64,000 nucleotides of DNA, from assembly GCA_944336335.1 (NCBI GenBank), contig CALVLC010000049.1, forward strand, positions 6,466 to 70,465, read 5' to 3'. Positions 40,878 to 50,046 of this stretch are shown piece after piece. Made by a program: the position numbers and the translations under genes. Source of the stretch: an uncultured Bacilli bacterium (GTDB lineage Bacteria; Bacillota_I; Bacilli_A; RFN20; CAG-826). The stretch's first letter is position 1; each line of letters opens with the position of its first letter. The notes beneath the pieces were generated by a model. That model searched no databases. It was not told the origin of the DNA and saw nothing but the letters and a program-made list of their open reading frames with translations.

Positions 40878-41594
40878 TTATTTCTTAGAAGCACCTTCAA
40901 CTGCTTCTGTTTTTTCTTTTAAATCTTCTTTTAAATTCCAAGAAGCAAAATCTTTATCATCAGGTAAAACAAGTCTCCATTCATTAAGTTTATTAATTTT
41001 ATAGCTTGCTTTAGATGTATTAACTTTTAAGATATGTCCACCCTTTTTAAGATCCTTGGATAAGAAATGGATGTGCCAACCTGGTAAATTCATTCCTTCA
41101 ACATAGTTTGGACAATATAAACCAATAACAACACCTTTTATATCGTGAAATTCAAATTCTCTTTGATCACAAGCGACTTTATAAAGTGGTTCATATGGTT
41201 TTTCTTGTTTGAAACAGCTTCTAACTCTTACGTTGAAAGTTCCTTCCATCTTAATAATATAGAAATAGTTTTTAGATGGTAAAACTTCTTCAAACTTCTT
41301 TTTAAAATCTTCTATTGAATCAAAACCAATTTCTTTTTCTTCAACACTTTCATCAAATTTACATGCACAAGCAAATGGAAAAGAATCATTGTCTTTCATT
41401 TCAAAAACTTCCCCTGTTGCTCTGCCATTATATGCTTTTCCATTATATATAATAGCTTCGCCATCCAATCCATCATATGTTCCGATTCCAGTATCAACAT
41501 GTTTTAAAAATTCTTTAACTTTAACACTGCCTTCATAATCTCCCATCATAAGGGCATTTAAAGTTGAAACTTGAAATAATTTATTTTCTTTCAT
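40878..41594 (-). CDS. budA: Alpha-acetolactate decarboxylase
   Basis: 238 aa. LFQVSTLNALMMGDYEG, GIGTYDGLDGEAIIY and GWHIHFLSKDLKKGGHIL match the conserved ALDC blocks. Confidence 0.85.
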   Translation of the reverse strand: MKENKLFQVSTLNALMMGDYEGSVKVKEFLKHVDTGIGTYDGLDGEAIIYNGKAYNGRATGEVFEMKDNDSFPFACACKFDESVEEKEIGFDSIEDFKKKFEEVLPSKNYFYIIKMEGTFNVRVRSCFKQEKPYEPLYKVACDQREFEFHDIKGVVIGLYCPNYVEGMNLPGWHIHFLSKDLKKGGHILKVNTSKASYKINKLNEWRLVLPDDKDFASWNLKEDLKEKTEAVEGASKK

Positions 41595-41623
41595 AATTTA
41601 ATCTCCAAAAGTTATCTAAAACT

Positions 41624-42859
41624 TTAGTTATTTTCCTTTTCTTTCTCAGTGTTTTGAGAATTATCAGTATTTGTTTCTGCTTTCACTTCTTCTTTATGAG
41701 ATTTAAAATGGAAAATCTTTTTATAAAAATCATGATTATGGTGATGTGTACGATAATTTCCGTTTTCATCATAAACAGCTGCTAATAATTCTGGATGTGA
41801 TCTTGAAAATACTCTTTCAGCATCATCATGATTATGTTTGAAGTAAACGTTCATTGTCCATTTTGTAAAGAATGGAGCAAGAATATTTGTAATAAATAGG
41901 ACAAAAGCAAGAATTGCTGTTGCATTACTTGCCGCATCAGCTCCACTTACACCGTTAAATGTAAATGTTTTAACCATAGCTGGAATTGATAAAGCAACAC
42001 CAGCTAATGAACAAGAAGCAATTGATGCATATCCTGGTCTTTTAAGAATAAATCTATCAACAAGATAAGGAAGAATCATTGTAACTGCCCAATAAATTAC
42101 TGTTAAAAGTAAAGCTGCAAGAATAACATCACCTTGGAAAGCATTTACTAAGTCAATTGTTGAACCAAATTGGAAACCTAAAAAAGGAAGAATAATAGCA
42201 TTTCCGCCTTTAAATACATCTCTAATCTTGTGATCTAAATTACCAAGTAAGACTCCAAGTAAAAATGGAATAAGTAATGAGAAGATTTGTAAAATGCTTT
42301 GTGTAAAATCTCCATTTCCACTGCCCATACAACTTAAGAAAATAAATGGTAAGAGTGGCATAGAGAAAATAAGCATAATTGGGAATGTACCTTTATCAGA
42401 ATCATCACCATATGGTTGAATAATCCCCATATATAAAGCAGCATTTGCTGAAGTTAAACAGCAAGCTAATGTAATTGCATCAATTCCTGCAAATCCACTA
42501 ACTCCACAACAAACAAATACAACTGCACAAATTATATAAGCAGGAATAAGTCTAGCAAGTATAATCCAGATTCCTCTTTTTCCAACTTCTATAAAATCTC
42601 TTCCTGTAATTGTTGTTCCAGTGCAAAACAACATAAGTCCAATAAGAAGCATTTGGCCAGTTGAACCAAATAGATCTTTCATTGGGTTACCAAGATATTC
42701 CCATAAAGAAACACCTAAACCACAATGAATACAAATTGTTGTAATAATTGCACTAATTACAAGAGGAACAAACATTGTTCCGGCTGGGATTTTGTTTAAA
42801 AAATCCCAGATTTTTACGCCTTTAGATGGCTTTTTTTCTTTTTTTGTAATATCTGCCAT
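41624..42859 (-). CDS. KdgT-family (2-keto-3-deoxygluconate permease-like) transporter with His-rich C-terminal extension
   Basis: About 10 TM helices. N-terminal IPAGTMFVPLVISAII resembles the KdgT IPGGMMLVPL signature. 411 aa. Confidence 0.55.
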   Translation of the reverse strand: MADITKKEKKPSKGVKIWDFLNKIPAGTMFVPLVISAIITTICIHCGLGVSLWEYLGNPMKDLFGSTGQMLLIGLMLFCTGTTITGRDFIEVGKRGIWIILARLIPAYIICAVVFVCCGVSGFAGIDAITLACCLTSANAALYMGIIQPYGDDSDKGTFPIMLIFSMPLLPFIFLSCMGSGNGDFTQSILQIFSLLIPFLLGVLLGNLDHKIRDVFKGGNAIILPFLGFQFGSTIDLVNAFQGDVILAALLLTVIYWAVTMILPYLVDRFILKRPGYASIASCSLAGVALSIPAMVKTFTFNGVSGADAASNATAILAFVLFITNILAPFFTKWTMNVYFKHNHDDAERVFSRSHPELLAAVYDENGNYRTHHHNHDFYKKIFHFKSHKEEVKAETNTDNSQNTEKEKENN

Positions 42860-42870
42860 AAAAATAAACC

Positions 42871-43971
42871 TTAAAGATTATGTTCTTTTAAATACTTTTC
42901 TCCGAGTTTATTTTGTAAAAGAATTGCATCTTCAAGTTCTTTTACTCTAACATCACCACTTAAATTATGAATTGATTCACCTTTTGCACAACTTGCTACA
43001 GCAATTTGATGAACATCATTTTCATCACAACCTATTTCTTTTAAAGTGATTGGTAAACCAACCGAAACCATGAAATCTCTAACTTGGTTATATTCTTCAA
43101 TAGAAGCATCTTCTAATAAAAGTTGAACTAATGTACCATAAGCAACACAGTTTCCATGCATTGCTGTCTTTTTATTCAAAGATGTAACACCATTATAGAA
43201 AGAATGTGAAACACATAATCCACCATTATCAGCACCAACACCACTTAAATATGTATTAGCTTCAATAATTGAATCAAGTTGAGGTGTTACTAAATGATAA
43301 TTAACAGCTTCTAATGCTTTTGCTCCATCTTTTAAAAGTGTTTCATAACAAAGTTTACATAAAGCCATTGAAGAAAGAGTAATTCCACCATTTTCTAAGG
43401 ATAATGAATGTGTTTTATAGCAAGCTCTTGCTTCAAAATATGTACCTAAAGCATCGCCCATACCAGCTACTAAAAACTTTGCAGGAGCATTAGCAATAAT
43501 TCTACTATCAACTAAAACAAAGTCTGGATTGTTTGGATAGAACAAATAAGAATTGAATGAGTGATCATCGTTATAAATAACGCTAAGTCCTGTACAAGGA
43601 GCGTCAGTTGCACAAACTGTTGGGATAATAGCAATTCTTTTTCCTTCATAATAAGCTGTTGCTTTTGCTGTATCAATAGCACTACCGCCACCAACTCCAA
43701 CTACAACATCAATCTTATCTTCTCTAACGATTTTTCTCATTTTTTCAATTTCACCTAAAGATGAAATTCCACCAAAAACTTCATATCTTCTATAAGTTTT
43801 GCTGTCTTTGAATGATTTTTCGACTAAATCTTTTGTTTGTTCATAACCTGAATGAGAACAAATAAATAAAAATCTTGTTCCAAAACTTTCACAATTTTCA
43901 TAAAAATGTTCAAGAGCACCTTCTCCTTGAATGTATTTAAGTGGAGCTCTCATGAGTAATAAATCTTTCAT
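42871..43971 (-). CDS. gldA: Glycerol dehydrogenase family (iron-containing ADH; may act on acetoin/2,3-butanediol)
   Basis: 366 aa with GVGGGSAIDTAKA and PTVCATDAPCTGLSVIY matching GldA blocks. Confidence 0.8.
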   Translation of the reverse strand: MKDLLLMRAPLKYIQGEGALEHFYENCESFGTRFLFICSHSGYEQTKDLVEKSFKDSKTYRRYEVFGGISSLGEIEKMRKIVREDKIDVVVGVGGGSAIDTAKATAYYEGKRIAIIPTVCATDAPCTGLSVIYNDDHSFNSYLFYPNNPDFVLVDSRIIANAPAKFLVAGMGDALGTYFEARACYKTHSLSLENGGITLSSMALCKLCYETLLKDGAKALEAVNYHLVTPQLDSIIEANTYLSGVGADNGGLCVSHSFYNGVTSLNKKTAMHGNCVAYGTLVQLLLEDASIEEYNQVRDFMVSVGLPITLKEIGCDENDVHQIAVASCAKGESIHNLSGDVRVKELEDAILLQNKLGEKYLKEHNL

Positions 43972-44022
43972 ATTTTCCTCCTAAAACTCATTTGAATCAC
44001 TAAAATTTTAGGATTAATTTTC

Positions 44023-45282
44023 TTGAAAACAATGTTGCAGAAATATAAAATTTTTCATATAAACTGTGCTGAGAGACTAATTATGAATAACATATACGAA
44101 GAGATGTTTAAAATATTTATTAAAGCAAGAAATTTAAATGAAATAATTGAAGGAATATATTCTTTAACTTGTAATCCAATTGCAGTTATAAATAGTGATT
44201 TTCAACTAGTGGCTTATTATTCCCCTTTTCTTTTTGAAGATGAAACGCGGAACGAATCAATAAAAATTGGTTATTTAAATTTCGCCACATATAAAAAAAT
44301 TAGAGAATCTCTTTCTATTGATGAAAACTATAAGATTGTCACTACTTTATCTTCAAATAGAAGATTAATTGCAAACATTAAAGATCAAAATAATAAATTT
44401 ATAGCATTCTTAATTATTTTAGAAGTTGAAACCAAACTAGAAGATATCTCTAAGGAATTTGTCGACATTCTTTCTAAATTAATCAATAAATATCTCTTAG
44501 ATCAAACCTTCGTTAAAACAAACGACACATTAAGCACCTTTTTATCTTCACTACTTAATAACACTTTCACCGACAAAACAATCTTTTTACAAAAAATAAA
44601 AGACTTTAAAATCGAATTAAAGAAGCCTTATTATCTTTTAATTTTAGATTATAACGAACAATTTAACGAAAGCACAAAAGCTGAGGTTGAAACATTCTTT
44701 GCGTCAATATTAGGAAATAATATTGTCACTACTACTTATAAAAATGGCGATTATGTTCTTTTAATCAATAATTCGATTGATGGCCAAACTAATGATAAAA
44801 TAAACGATTTTCTTTTTAAAATGCGTTTTTATATGATTAAATCAAATCGAATTGTTGATTTATTTTCGCTAAGTAATATCTTTAACGAAGTTTATAAACT
44901 ATTTCAATTATTAGAAAAAACCATTGAAGAATACATCTTATTTGATGTTGAAAATTATCTTTCTTTCCTCCCGCTTATAAATTATCGTAACGAGGAATTA
45001 ATCAATTTCATTAATCCAGATATCTATCAAATATTTCTTTATGATCAAGCCAATAAAACAGAGTTTATTGATACAATTTATGTTTATTTACTTACAAATA
45101 AATCATTAAACGAATCAGCTAAAAAGCTATACGTACATAAAAACACTATTACATATCGATTAGATAAGATATATGAACTGTTTAAAGTAGAATTCTCCAA
45201 TTATAACAGAAATATGAATTATATCTTTTCAATCAATATCATCTATTATTTACAAAGAAAAATTAAATCTTCTCAAATTTAA
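44023..45282 (+). CDS. PucR/CdaR-family transcriptional regulator (C-terminal HTH)
   Basis: 419 aa with C-terminal LNESAKKLYVHKNTITYRLDKI, typical of the PucR_C HTH. It is divergent from the gldA operon. Confidence 0.7.
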   Translation: MKTMLQKYKIFHINCAERLIMNNIYEEMFKIFIKARNLNEIIEGIYSLTCNPIAVINSDFQLVAYYSPFLFEDETRNESIKIGYLNFATYKKIRESLSIDENYKIVTTLSSNRRLIANIKDQNNKFIAFLIILEVETKLEDISKEFVDILSKLINKYLLDQTFVKTNDTLSTFLSSLLNNTFTDKTIFLQKIKDFKIELKKPYYLLILDYNEQFNESTKAEVETFFASILGNNIVTTTYKNGDYVLLINNSIDGQTNDKINDFLFKMRFYMIKSNRIVDLFSLSNIFNEVYKLFQLLEKTIEEYILFDVENYLSFLPLINYRNEELINFINPDIYQIFLYDQANKTEFIDTIYVYLLTNKSLNESAKKLYVHKNTITYRLDKIYELFKVEFSNYNRNMNYIFSINIIYYLQRKIKSSQI

Positions 45283-45310
45283 AAAAAACGCCATTTTATG
45301 GGCGTTTTCT
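45281..45310. terminator. Bidirectional rho-independent terminator between the PucR-family gene (+) and ftsZ (-)
   Basis: AAAAAAAACGCC-attttatg-GGCGTTTTCT. Confidence 0.7.
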
Positions 45311-45335
45311 AACATTTACTTTTAATTTAAACCAA

Positions 45336-46496
45336 TTAATCTTTTAAGAAATCAGGAATAATTGAATCCTCGTCACTTGCTTCTTCTTTTGCAGGATTTG
45401 ATGAATCTTGATTTTGAGTTTCGTTATTATTTTGATAACTTGTTCGATCAAAAATTGATGGTTTTTTAGGAGCGAATAAAGCACCTTCTAAATCATTTTG
45501 TGGTTTTGGTTTAAATACAGAAGTCTCAGAATTTGAGAATTGAACATCTTGAGTAAAATGACTTGCAATAATAGAAAGCATAATATCATCAGAAAGTTCA
45601 TCATTGATTGAAACTCCAAACTTCAAATCAAGTTGTCCGCCACTATCGCTAATAATCTTATCAACAGTTTCTTGACATTCATAAAGAGAAACTTTATTTC
45701 CACATGTAATGTGACAAATTGCTTTTCTAGCACCACGAATTGATTGCTCAATTAATGGACAATTTAAAGCACTAATTGCTGCATCTTCACAACGATTTTC
45801 GCCCTTACCACAACCAAATCCAATTAAAGCGATACCACTATCTTTTAAAATATTTCTAACATCAGCAAAATCAAGATTGATAACAGCAGGTCTTAAAATT
45901 AAATCAGTAATTGTTCGAACAGATTGAGATAAAACCTTATCTGCTTCACTAAATGCTTTTCCAATTGGTAAATTACCTGAATTTAATAATAATTTATCGT
46001 TACTAACAACAATCATGCTATCAACGTTATTTTTTAATTCATTTAAACCATCAACTGAGTAAGCTGTTCTTTTTTGGCCTTCAAAATTGAACGGACGAGT
46101 AACAATAGCAATTGTTAAACAACCTTCTTCTTTAGCGAATTTTGAAATAACTGGAGCTGCACCAGTTCCGGTTCCACCACCCATGCCAGCAGCAATAAAA
46201 ACCATATGAGCACCACGAACGATTTCTTTTATTTCTTTTTCAGTAGCTTCAGCAGCTTCTTTACCAACAGAAGGTTCGCCACCAGCACCTAAACCATTTG
46301 TAATGCTTTCACCTAAAATAATTCTATGAGGAGCTTTAGATAGAGAAAGAGCTTGTTTATCAGTGTTTGCAACATAAAATTCGACGTTAGAAATTTCATC
46401 GTCAATCATACGATTAACAGCGTTATTTCCAGCGCCACCAACGCCAATTACTACAATTTTGGCAACAGGTTCAAAGTTGTCTAATTCGTCCATCAT
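45336..46496 (-). CDS. ftsZ: Cell division protein FtsZ
   Basis: Tubulin signature GGGTGTG, with N-terminal IKVIGVGGAGNNAV-like IVVIGVGGAGNNAV. 386 aa. Confidence 0.95.
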   Translation of the reverse strand: MMDELDNFEPVAKIVVIGVGGAGNNAVNRMIDDEISNVEFYVANTDKQALSLSKAPHRIILGESITNGLGAGGEPSVGKEAAEATEKEIKEIVRGAHMVFIAAGMGGGTGTGAAPVISKFAKEEGCLTIAIVTRPFNFEGQKRTAYSVDGLNELKNNVDSMIVVSNDKLLLNSGNLPIGKAFSEADKVLSQSVRTITDLILRPAVINLDFADVRNILKDSGIALIGFGCGKGENRCEDAAISALNCPLIEQSIRGARKAICHITCGNKVSLYECQETVDKIISDSGGQLDLKFGVSINDELSDDIMLSIIASHFTQDVQFSNSETSVFKPKPQNDLEGALFAPKKPSIFDRTSYQNNNETQNQDSSNPAKEEASDEDSIIPDFLKD

Positions 46497-46507
46497 AATT
46501 TAAGCCC

Positions 46508-47794
46508 TCATAATTCGTCTTTTAATTCATCATATTTTTCTTTTTTAGGTGCACTTCTTCCCAAATTTTCATTAGATTCATCAACACGATTAATTTGTGT
46601 AACGTGTTGTTTGTTTTCATCTTCTAAAGTTCCGCGATAAGAACTTGCCATGAAAATAGCACCTAAACAATTTATATATTCAGCATCACGACAACAAATT
46701 GTCGGAATTGTTAAAAATTCAACTGGATTTGAAGGTAAAACCTTAAGAATATATTCTTTTAATCCATGTAATTTGGTACCTTCACCAATAAATGCTAATA
46801 CAATTTTTGAAACTGTATCGTTTTTTGGTGAAAAATTAGATAAAAGATTTTGAAGTGAACCATTAAAGTAATCAATCCAAGTTTTTAAGAATTCTAAAAT
46901 TACCTTAACTAAATCTTCTTTTGTATATTTCTTATCGATTCCTAATGAATCTTTACCAAAAGCAATTGGTGGATTGTAACTGGCTTGACGTGTATCAATT
47001 CCATAAATATTAATAAGTTTTTCGGCTTCTGCTTTTTCAATATGGAATTCATTAGCCACTTTGTTAATTAAATCATCAAAACCTAAAGAAAAGAAATTTG
47101 AAGCAAAAACAACATTATCGCCAACAAAACTTAATGAAGTTGTACGATCTGAGAAGTCAATTAAGACATATGTTTGTGCTTTAAATTTCGTTTCGTGCAA
47201 TAAATAAGAAACACCAATTGGTGCGATAACTTCTCTTTTAACCTTAATTTGAGCATTATTACAAGCCTTCATGATGTCATTAACCATCTTTTTTGGCAAT
47301 GTATAAACGTTTGCATCAATTGTGATAGTTTGAGAAACCTCGTTTAAAGGTGGAACTAAATATTCCTCGTTGTTATCAATAATAAAACGATTTGGAATAA
47401 TATCAATCAATTCATCGTTTATATTAGGCAATTTTTCTTTTTTAATTAAAGAAAGTGCGTTGTTTATATCGATACGATCAATTTTAGATACGGTACTTAC
47501 AGTATTTGTTGACTTAATCGATTGATAAACTTGTAAACCATAAGCAGGTAAAACCAAAACTACTTCGTTAATATTGATATTCATCTTAACGTTTTTAGTT
47601 GTAGCTTCGATGCTTTTAATTTTTGTTAAATCACCTGACAATGATCCAATATCTAAAATATCACCATCTTTAAATGGTACACTTAATGGTCGTTTTACTT
47701 TATACAAAATATCCACTTTGTTATCTAAAGTGTAACCGATGACTAATTTATAATAACGATTGGATATTTCCAAAGCCGCGATTTGCTTGACCAT
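46508..47794 (-). CDS. ftsA: Cell division protein FtsA (actin-like ATPase)
   Basis: 428 aa with an actin/HSP70 fold pattern. Located immediately upstream of ftsZ. Confidence 0.85.
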   Translation of the reverse strand: MVKQIAALEISNRYYKLVIGYTLDNKVDILYKVKRPLSVPFKDGDILDIGSLSGDLTKIKSIEATTKNVKMNININEVVLVLPAYGLQVYQSIKSTNTVSTVSKIDRIDINNALSLIKKEKLPNINDELIDIIPNRFIIDNNEEYLVPPLNEVSQTITIDANVYTLPKKMVNDIMKACNNAQIKVKREVIAPIGVSYLLHETKFKAQTYVLIDFSDRTTSLSFVGDNVVFASNFFSLGFDDLINKVANEFHIEKAEAEKLINIYGIDTRQASYNPPIAFGKDSLGIDKKYTKEDLVKVILEFLKTWIDYFNGSLQNLLSNFSPKNDTVSKIVLAFIGEGTKLHGLKEYILKVLPSNPVEFLTIPTICCRDAEYINCLGAIFMASSYRGTLEDENKQHVTQINRVDESNENLGRSAPKKEKYDELKDEL

Positions 47795-47842
47795 ACAATA
47801 AAATTATAATCTCCTATAAAAAAAGATACAACTGAAAAACAA

Positions 47843-47893
47843 ATAGATTTCTAGTAGGTTTTCAGTAGATAATTAGTAGATTTCTAGTATCTT
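47843..47893 (-). repeat. Phased direct-repeat array (TAGTAG/CAGTAG/TAGTAG/TAGTAT on +, 11-bp period) between the small dcw membrane gene and ftsA
   Basis: Hexamers at 47852, 47863, 47874 and 47885. The reverse complement contains CTACTAATTATCTACT, a 16-of-16 match to the other two sites. Confidence 0.5.
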
Positions 47894-47905
47894 TTTTTTT
47901 GCTTA

Positions 47906-48124
47906 TTAAAATTCTAATAGTTCGCTCTTATATAAATTTGCCTCTGCTTTTTGTTCTGTTTTTTCTTCGTTATGGTTAACCTCGTTAGCTCTAATACTTG
48001 CTGCAATTGAAACAGGTACTGCTACTAAAACAGAAGCCCCGACAAATATTGAAAAACAAATACCTACTTTTTTGAAATAGAAATATACTGCTTTGTGATG
48101 ATATTTAACTAATTTATCTTTCAT
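47906..48124 (-). CDS. Small single-TM membrane protein in the dcw cluster (possible FtsL/DivIC analogue)
   Basis: 72 aa with one TM helix (ICFSIFVGASVLVAVPVSIAA). Position between rsmH and ftsA. Confidence 0.4.
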   Translation of the reverse strand: MKDKLVKYHHKAVYFYFKKVGICFSIFVGASVLVAVPVSIAASIRANEVNHNEEKTEQKAEANLYKSELLEF

Positions 48125-48149
48125 AATTATTTACCCCCGTGTAGGCATA

Positions 48150-49094
48150 TTACTTAATTTTTTCTAGTATTCTAAGTTTTGCACTCTTACTCCTATGATT
48201 GCCTCTCACCTCTTCTTCACTAGGAGTGATGACTTTACGATTAACAACCTGATAGTCAGGTGTTTTTATATCTTTAGGATTTATATAATCGTTAATTCTA
48301 TTCCCTTCAATAACGCTATATTTTTTAAAGATATTTTTAACAATTCGATCTTCTAAACTTTGGAATGTAATGACTACGATTCTTCCGTTAATATTTAATC
48401 TTTTGATGGCTCCTTCTAGAGCTTCTTCTAAAGCATTTAATTCATCGTTTACTTCGATTCTTAATGCTTGGAAGATTTGCTTTGCTGGGTGACCGACTTT
48501 CTCCAGCTCCTTCTTAGGTTTGCTTGCCTTAATTATGTCGACTAGTTCTAATGTTGTTTCAATTAGTTTTGTCTCTCTTCTTTTGCAAATGTTTTTTGCT
48601 ATTTGATATGAATATTTATCTTCACCATATTCTTTAAATACTCTTAACAATTCATCGAAAGAATAGTTATTAACAATATCTTTTGCGGTTAATGATGAGT
48701 TTTGATTCATCCTCATATCTAGAGGAGCATCATATCTATATGAGAAACCACGATAGTCTTCATCAAATTGTGGCGAGGAAACACCTAAATCGAATAATAC
48801 TCCATCTACTTTTGAAATATTGATTTGATTTAGGTCTTTCTCAATGTTTCTGAAATTATCATTAATAATTTGGAAATTATTACTAATTGATGAAAGCTTT
48901 TCTTTAGAGTAAGCGATTGCTTCCAGATCTTGATCGAAGCATATCAAGCATCCTTCATTATTTAATTTTTTTAAGATTTCTGAAGAGTGACCAGCTCTAC
49001 CCAATGTCATATCAACGTAGATACCATCACTTTTGATGTTCAACCCAGCAATTGCTTCGTTTAACAAGACTGGAATGTGTAAATCATTTTTCAT
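48150..49094 (-). CDS. rsmH: 16S rRNA (cytosine1402-N4)-methyltransferase RsmH (MraW)
   Basis: 314 aa with SAM-binding HIPVLLNE...DMTLGRAGHS. mraZ-rsmH arrangement. Confidence 0.9.
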   Translation of the reverse strand: MKNDLHIPVLLNEAIAGLNIKSDGIYVDMTLGRAGHSSEILKKLNNEGCLICFDQDLEAIAYSKEKLSSISNNFQIINDNFRNIEKDLNQINISKVDGVLFDLGVSSPQFDEDYRGFSYRYDAPLDMRMNQNSSLTAKDIVNNYSFDELLRVFKEYGEDKYSYQIAKNICKRRETKLIETTLELVDIIKASKPKKELEKVGHPAKQIFQALRIEVNDELNALEEALEGAIKRLNINGRIVVITFQSLEDRIVKNIFKKYSVIEGNRINDYINPKDIKTPDYQVVNRKVITPSEEEVRGNHRSKSAKLRILEKIK

Positions 49095-49527
49095 CGCTTA
49101 CTAGGAGGGATTCAGCATCTAATTCAAAATCTTTGTCGCATTTCTCTTTGTAAGAGTTCCAGCTATTAAGATCCCAAATTTCAATATGGTCAAATTGTCC
49201 TAAGATAACGACTTTGGAGCCAATTGAATATTCCTTAAGTGTTTTTGTTGGAATAAGCATTCTTCCTTGGCGGTCGATACTTAGTTCGATAACAGAAGCA
49301 AGAACCATTCTGGAATAGTTACGTGCTTTGCTAAGTTCTTGTGGGAGAGATTGGATTCTAGTTACATATTTTTTGAAGTCTTCTTCTTTGTAGAGTGATA
49401 AACAGTTTTCGAAGCCTCTAATCAAATACAACTTAGAACCGACTGCTTCTCTCATTTTTGATGGGATTACTACACGACCTTTCTCATCTATGTTGTACTC
49501 GTAACTTCCGAAAAACATATCTTCCAC
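49084..49527 (-). CDS. mraZ: Transcriptional regulator MraZ. The start is likely ATG 49518 (MFFGSYEY...) rather than the GTG at 49527.
   Basis: Two MraZ/UPF0040 repeats with DxxxR-type motifs (IDEKGRVVIP / IDRQGRMLIP). First gene of the dcw cluster. Confidence 0.85.
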   Translation of the reverse strand: MEDMFFGSYEYNIDEKGRVVIPSKMREAVGSKLYLIRGFENCLSLYKEEDFKKYVTRIQSLPQELSKARNYSRMVLASVIELSIDRQGRMLIPTKTLKEYSIGSKVVILGQFDHIEIWDLNSWNSYKEKCDKDFELDAESLLVSDEK

Positions 49528-49550
49528 TTTCTTCCACTTTCTACCACTGA
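49521..49550 (-). promoter_or_regulatory. Putative MraZ operator: three direct GTGG-type repeats with 10-bp spacing at the mraZ start
   Basis: The reverse strand reads CAGTGGTAG-AAAGTGGAAG-AAAGTGGAAG (CCAC at 49524, 49534, 49544 on +). The AAAGTGG/T direct repeats resemble described MraZ boxes. A -35/-10 candidate (TTGATA N17 TAAAAT) lies just upstream. Confidence 0.5.
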
Positions 49551-49917
49551 TTATATTTTATAAGCATTATTCTTTATTATCAACAAAAAATTTAAGAATT
49601 TTCAAAAATTTTTGCGTAACTAAAAAATGCGATAAATATCGTATATTTTTTAATTTATTCCTTAAAAGTGTAACAAAGTGGCACAGTGTGGTAGGAAAAA
49701 TATTTTTATGAGTATCTGAGTTACAAAATTGTCTCAAATTTATACCAAACCCGAAGATTGTGGTTTAAAGTGGAAGACTGAAAAAAGAATGCAAACCCAC
49801 TGCTAAAAACCGAATTCGAATTTCAATCTTTTAAATTCAAGCGATTAAATAATTCAAAATTTTGGCTTTATTTGAAGCTTTCCCTTTAAACTTACGAAAA
49901 ATCAGGATAAATTTTAA

Positions 49918-49955
49918 AGTAACTACTAATTATCTACTAATTTTAACTACAAAGT
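49918..49955 (+). repeat. Phased direct-repeat array (CTACTAATT x2 at an 11-bp period, plus CTACAAAGT) about 400 bp upstream of mraZ
   Basis: CTACTAATT at 49923 and 49934. An 18-mer is shared with site 4038-4055. Confidence 0.5.
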
Positions 49956-50017
49956 GAAAAAAATAATAAAAAAGTTGTATAGCAGCAAAAGTTCAAAATT
50001 TCATTGAATTTATTCAT

Positions 50018-50046
50018 AAAAAAAGCAGGTTTCCCTGCTTTTTTGA
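50018..50046. terminator. Bidirectional rho-independent terminator downstream of yceD
   Basis: AAAAAAAGCAGG-tttc-CCTGCTTTTTT. Confidence 0.7.
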
